This document shows positions 52,649 to 64,000 of a stretch of DNA of 64,000 nt, one piece after another. Every line of letters begins with the position of its first letter. Position 1 is the first letter of the stretch. Source of the stretch: Tubulanus polymorphus (Eukaryota; Animalia; Nemertea); NCBI RefSeq assembly GCF_964204645.1, contig NC_134028.1, positions 22,564,345-22,628,344 on the forward strand. Reading direction: 5' to 3'. The translations under genes were made by a program, and so were the position numbers. Below the pieces are notes generated by a model. It had not been told where the DNA came from. It did not search any database and was given only the letters and a program-made list of their open reading frames with translations.

Positions 52649-54812
52649 CGCTGCTCAAATAACAAAACTGAAATCCGCTGTTTTAATTACGTTTCGGATG
52701 TGAGTGTGTGTAATGAGCAATCGTGTTGTCGATACTGATAGGACGCTCAGTCAACGCGCTGACTATATACAAATATACATGCATATATCTCGGTCTAAAT
52801 GAGTTATTAATTGGCATCGTTCACGTCACTATAATCAAACACCAGCAAACAAACGTCCTCGCTGATAATCCGACAATCTGCCAATCACGTTAACTTCGAA
52901 AAGCACTCGGCGCAACTCTCGCTGTTCAATTGTTTTCCTAAATCAAGTCAAGTAAACTAACACGTGTTATACGAGATTCTGAAAGGGCCCTCGGTTTTTC
53001 AGCGAGCGCCGACGTTTTTAGGTTACGATCCATTAGTTTTAATTTCGTTCATTCAACGGCTGAATAGCCTCTCGATCATTCGAATGTCGAGTTGTACCGT
53101 TTCCGGGCTCACGGCACAGTACCGCGAGAAACAGAGCGACAAACACACTTTTTTAAATCGAAGGAAAAGTACGGCTTCAATTCGCAACAAAGAGACTTCT
53201 ACTTCTCCTTCCGATAGCTGTCAATATCGAGCAGTATAATAGCGTAAAAAGCCCATTGCGAATAGAAAAAAAGATTAGATTTAGGAAAGACCAACGTTTT
53301 TTTTTCAACAGTCATATAGCTTTGACAATAATGATAATAATCATTATCATTTTATCTTTATCATCTTTATGATTATCATAATTTATTTGTTTACATAGCG
53401 CTATACTAGAAAATAATCATAGCGCTTTACAAAAGAGAAGTTACAATATTGATAATACATATATTCATAAAATTGTTCACATACCGTTTGGTGGAATACA
53501 AGAACATAACAACAAATTGTAAGACACATTTTACGATGGTAAATGTTTTGGTAAACGGATACGTTTTGAGGTTTCGTTAAACGGCATCAACTGAATATTG
53601 GATGGTAAAACATTACATACCATTGGGACAGTGAACCTAAAAGCTCTACCGCCAAATGACCAAATATCCATTGATCAGATTTGAATATCTAATCGGTGTT
53701 TGGTAGACGAAGTTTCTATCGATAAACCGATTTATTCTCGTTTTTATTGAGAAAAATTCCATTTTAGCACAGATTCAGAAGTAATTCAACGCGGGAGACC
53801 AATTCGCTTTATTCCAAAAAGCAAAGCACCGGAGTCAATTATACTTATTTATTATTCTTTATTTACGAATTCAATTACATTAGAAAATTACAGATGAGAA
53901 TGATAATAAATACCGATATGAATCCGCGATTGCTATGGTAGCGTTGAAGATTCCTCGAAAATTAATTTAGATCCTTAAAACGGGGTTTAGGATATTCTTT
54001 TTGTTAACATAAGGAAGCGTTTTACTTGCTAAATTTGGGTAAATTATCAATAATACTATAATAAATAAACTGTAATTGGCAATCTTAATCCAACTGAATT
54101 TCTCAGTCAGTTTGTGTGTAGTGACTTGTAAGTTGGGCTGAGTGCGGGTTAAAGTCATTCATTTCATATCGCACACGTCACTATAACTAATAAGTACACA
54201 TATAAATAATATTTTAGTCAGATATTTTGACAAACCTCGCGATGCGCCCGATAAGTAATAACTTCCTATTTTCTAGTACGTTCGAGTAATTACGAATCTC
54301 GTAATGTGTAAGGCACGTAAAACACCAATAAACAGCCGATAAAATAATTAGCAGCGTAGCGGAAATTCTACCGATAAAATGCCTACTTTCTATTTATCGT
54401 GCGAAACGGTTCCAGTCGCTCGTCGAGTAAGGATGAAAAAAACACGATCAGCGTGATTTACGCCCAACCGATCGGCTGCCAGCTTCGCGTGTGGAGGCAA
54501 CGACTCGTTCTTAGGCGGCGCGGTACTCGTTACAGCGAGCTGCGCGTAACGCCGCGTTTAGCGCTTGGATTGTGCTTACGTGAACGCGCGGGTCGCTTCC
54601 ACAAAAAAACCTCTGAACTCGTTGAACGATTTCATTTTTCAGTGATGGAGAATTTCCTGCCTGACGTGATGGAAAGTAATAATTGCGGCTAGCGAAACGA
54701 ACTCTTATTCATCGGTGTTCTAAACATTTAGTTTGTTCGCACGGTCTGAGATTATTCTGACGTCGGGAATTGGTTTCTTTTTCGAGAGAAAATCGGATAA
54801 AAATCCCGAAGA

Positions 54813-60471
<5,659 letters not shown>

Positions 60472-61210
60472 GTAATAAATGTAAGATAGTAAGTTAGTGA
60501 GAACACATTCCATACCAGCGAAATGCATCTTTTGAAGGTTATGAACATCCTACTAGGCCCTATGTGGAAATGAATTTTTGCATGTTTTAACGAGCTAGGG
60601 CGGTCGTTCAGTCCACGTGGCTATACACCTCGCCATATGAGGATAAGTATACAATAAGTGATATAGATGACAGACCCTCGAAGGAGTTTGTAAAATCAGG
60701 GACGAAAATTAACCTGATAGCTTATGGCGCACTTTCGCTCTAGACGTTGCGACATTCCTATACTTTCGCGCCGCACAACGTTCCAGTCTATCTACGTCTA
60801 TTAAATAATCTCCAACAGAAAAAAATACGTTGTTACGTGCGGCAACTCTGCAGCATTAGTTGGCAAATTTAGACGTCACAACACGACCACGCGGGTGATG
60901 TCTTCTTCTGTTTCGCAACCGAAACGTTGTACGCTCAGAAAAACTTTCATTTAATTCATTTCTGCCCCATTCAAGAATGTTTATACAACATGGATCTAGG
61001 TGGTAAGGTGATTGGTCTATATAGACGCAGCTAGAGGTTATGGGGAAAAGGGACGTTGACATCGTCCCTTTTTTCTTCAGTCCATTATGTATGTATTTTT
61101 TATCGTTATTTGTCACATTTATAGCAGTTCGGAGGTCATACAATGCGTTCCGACGAGCTCCAGGTCAGTATGAAAACAATTCATATTTTAACTACGTCAG
61201 TAAAGATGTT

Positions 61211-63644
61211 TCACTGATTCATGTATTTCTTGATCCAAGTCTTAAACCATAATGCACGACTGAAAATGGCTGGAACTCCGATCTGTCCACAGGGGTTCGG
61301 ACCCCAAGAAACAACGCCTTCGAGGACGTACTCGCCGTACCTTCTGCATACCAGTGGTCCACCGGAGTCACCCTAAACAAAGATAGAAATGAATCTGAAA
61401 TAAATCTAAATTGGTCAACGCTTGCTAAGATCAGTGACGACATTAGGTAATAGTAAATAGATATGAAATGCAGTGGTTTCAATCACTTCTTATGAGTACA
61501 GTGGAACCTCGTTGATACGAATCTTGCGTATTATCCGGGTTTCGTATCCAAAGTTTGATTGGTATAAATATCTTTGCTGTGACATGCTTGAAATAATCAT
61601 CGTGATAAACGGATTTCGTCTTAAACAGAATCGTATTAACTGGGGTTCAACTGTATCAATTTCATAAGGCTACGATACTACACGCACGTGTTCTAATAGG
61701 GATAACTTACGAAACAAGAACTCTGTCTCGAATCGCCGCCAGCGCAAACGTTTGAGTAGGAAATACTGGCAAAAGGGTATTTCCAGCGATACGCGCTCCT
61801 GCAAGACTCAATGGACTGAATCTTGACATCTGTGTAATGAAGGCGTTCGGGATATCCTATTAAAGATAAATTACAAAAGTTAGGAATAGATTTGATATCA
61901 TCAATGCTTCACGATGGGGGATCTATTCATGACATTTATAATAATAATAATAATAATAATGATAATAATAATAATTATTATTATTATTATAATAATACAA
62001 GTTAAAAATTAATCATCATAGGTGTTTGTAAAAAGAAAAGATTTCAATCTGGATTTCTCACGTTATCCATTATTCTAAAAAAAAAAACTAACATTAATAC
62101 GTGGAGAAATATTACTAATTATTATAATGCAATGTTCAAACCCGTTAACGAAAGCTACAATAGCTGACATTAGAAGATAGGGATTGCTAAATTTGATTTA
62201 AAGAATACTTAGTACTTTGGTTGTTGTAGCCCCAGCCAGAAACCAGGCACGTAGTTTTATCTTTTGCCGAAACTGGTGTAATTTCTACCGCCTTTGTGTG
62301 TTCGTTGAATTCGACTGGTCTCGATAATTTCACTATCATCACGTCGTTTCCTGCAAGAAACGCTTCTGTAGAATTGTCTCACGGTCGTTGGCGCCACCAG
62401 AATTCAGTTCTACAGTTCTCTATTAGAATTTAGCTTATTGAAACATTGAAGCTAAATTGAAAACGAACTTAGACTCTGAAGACAAACTTTACCGTGAACC
62501 ATAAAACTAGGTCCAGAAGTCAATTGCATGGTCGTGGATAACATTTTAGACCAGCTTCAGACTGATAATCTTCCTCAAGATTGAAAACCACTTTTGGACT
62601 GAAGTCACGACTGTGCAACTGGGTACTAGATACGACATACACTGCTGTTTATATAGGGGTGTCTTAAAAACTCAACACAACTTGACTCCAAGAAAACCTA
62701 CGTAGGTTTTGATTTTTTTTTGTGAATTCACATTACGCATCAAATTGTAAAATCCAAACAAAATATGAATGGGGCGAATTCTGATCACGAGCTCGATCTA
62801 AACTAAACACCGAGAAGAAAAAATTCATTGACTCGCTACGAAAAATATCGACTTAAAGAGATCTAATCCTCGGTTTGATTGGATAAAACTGATGCAATCC
62901 GATTATCAATCGCCGTGTTTATTTCGACGCACCTGTTTGCGGAGACCTGTAATTGGGATGTACGATTAACTTGTCGACCGAATGGATAAGCGAGGCCGGT
63001 ACATTCTTATTGAACGTAACACCGACCGCGACACTGTAGTCCCGACTTGCCCTGAAATTAAAATTCAAGTGTGTAACGACGTGAATTCTCCTGCAAATTT
63101 TCTCTCGAACGTGTCATTTCTTATTCGCGCATTTATCAATGTCCCATTATATTAGTTACACCTGCCGCGATCGGAGAAGTGAGCGTAGGCTCGAAAATAG
63201 GGAAATCTGTTACACGATGATCAGCCAAGGATTTGCTTACAAAATCTGTGGTTTTAATCGTAGTTTATACGAGCCACGATCGCGCGAACGTTTTTGGCCC
63301 GTGGCGGACTACGCCCGGGTCAACCGTTCTTTCCAATGCCCGATAGGTACGAACCGTGCCTGTTCGACACGGGTCAAATCGTCTCCGCTTAATCGTGGCA
63401 CTTACCCCAGCGCATAACAGTGAGCGGCCGTAAGAACGGTCGTAGAGTCGAGCAGAGTTCCGCCGCAAATGTGACGTCCATGATGACGAAGAGATACCTG
63501 CCACGGTAGGAATTTAATTTGAGCTCCCGTGCCTCCGGTTATACGCCAGTTACCAACCGCGATAACTCGTACATCAAAGAAAAAGAACAAGAGCAGTTTA
63601 TACAGAGATGAATCTGCAACCTTAATTTCTGCAATCCCGCACAT
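61211..63644 (-). CDS. S1A serine protease, chymotrypsin-like, ~266 aa; 5' end uncertain
   Basis: Exons 63406-63644 (R|ITGG, PWQVSL, CGGTLL, LTAAHC), 62933-63051, 62216-62350 ([15 protein letters not shown]), 61711-61856 (VCAGG..QSSCF) and 61211-61372 ([15 protein letters not shown]). The catalytic triad is intact. The true start may lie in an upstream exon. Confidence 0.9.
61499..61653. mobile_element. Tigger/pogo-like MITE
   Basis: TA-CAGTGGAACCTCGTTGATACGA ... TCGTATTAACTGGGGTTCAACTG-TA. Confidence 0.7.
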
Positions 63645-64000
63645 ATTCGATTACACTATTCACCGCAGCGGATTATCCACATTATACACGTGTTCAGTAC
63701 TTTCACCGAGGCATTTTCAATGGGGTGGGTACCCGCAAACCAGCTATCCCGCCAGATGGCGTGGCGAGTGGTTGGTTGTTTGTTGTCACCATTAGTTCAT
63801 TTTTCAATGAACTTTGAACTGACTTTTTAGACTCCCGAATCCATATATTATCACAGTACCCACAAAATATACGAAATAATTCATTCAGATTTGGATATAG
63901 TTTTTCATAAATGATTGATTCATTTAAGAGAAATTCAAGAAGTTCATTCCGATTCAATTGAAATGTAGAAGATATCGAACGCGGAAGACCAACCATCTAC

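Overview
This is AT-rich, intron-containing animal (invertebrate-like) genomic DNA; the species cannot be determined from the window. Splicing exons by eye gives eight protein-coding gene models: a GPI-type Ly6/three-finger protein (+, 3686-12760), a LicD-family type II membrane protein (-, 14107-16558), an intronless 4-TM protein (-, 18013-18750), a 13-exon CLCA protein (+, 20715-27868), a JHAMT-like SAM methyltransferase (-, 29608-37966), a 17-exon astacin-Sushi-3xMAM protease (-, 40502-52648), a chitin-binding CBM14 gene missed by the ORF track (+, 54813-60471 or beyond) and a chymotrypsin-type S1 protease (-, 61211-63644). An antisense tRNA-Lys(CTT) lies in the first coding intron of CLCA. 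Introns carry many MITEs, SINE remnants, minimal hammerhead-like motifs and long microsatellites. The most notable observation is what looks like a decayed multi-exon TGF-beta-superfamily gene nested antisense in intron 1 of the Ly6 gene. All gene models are manual and untested by RNA data or database search.
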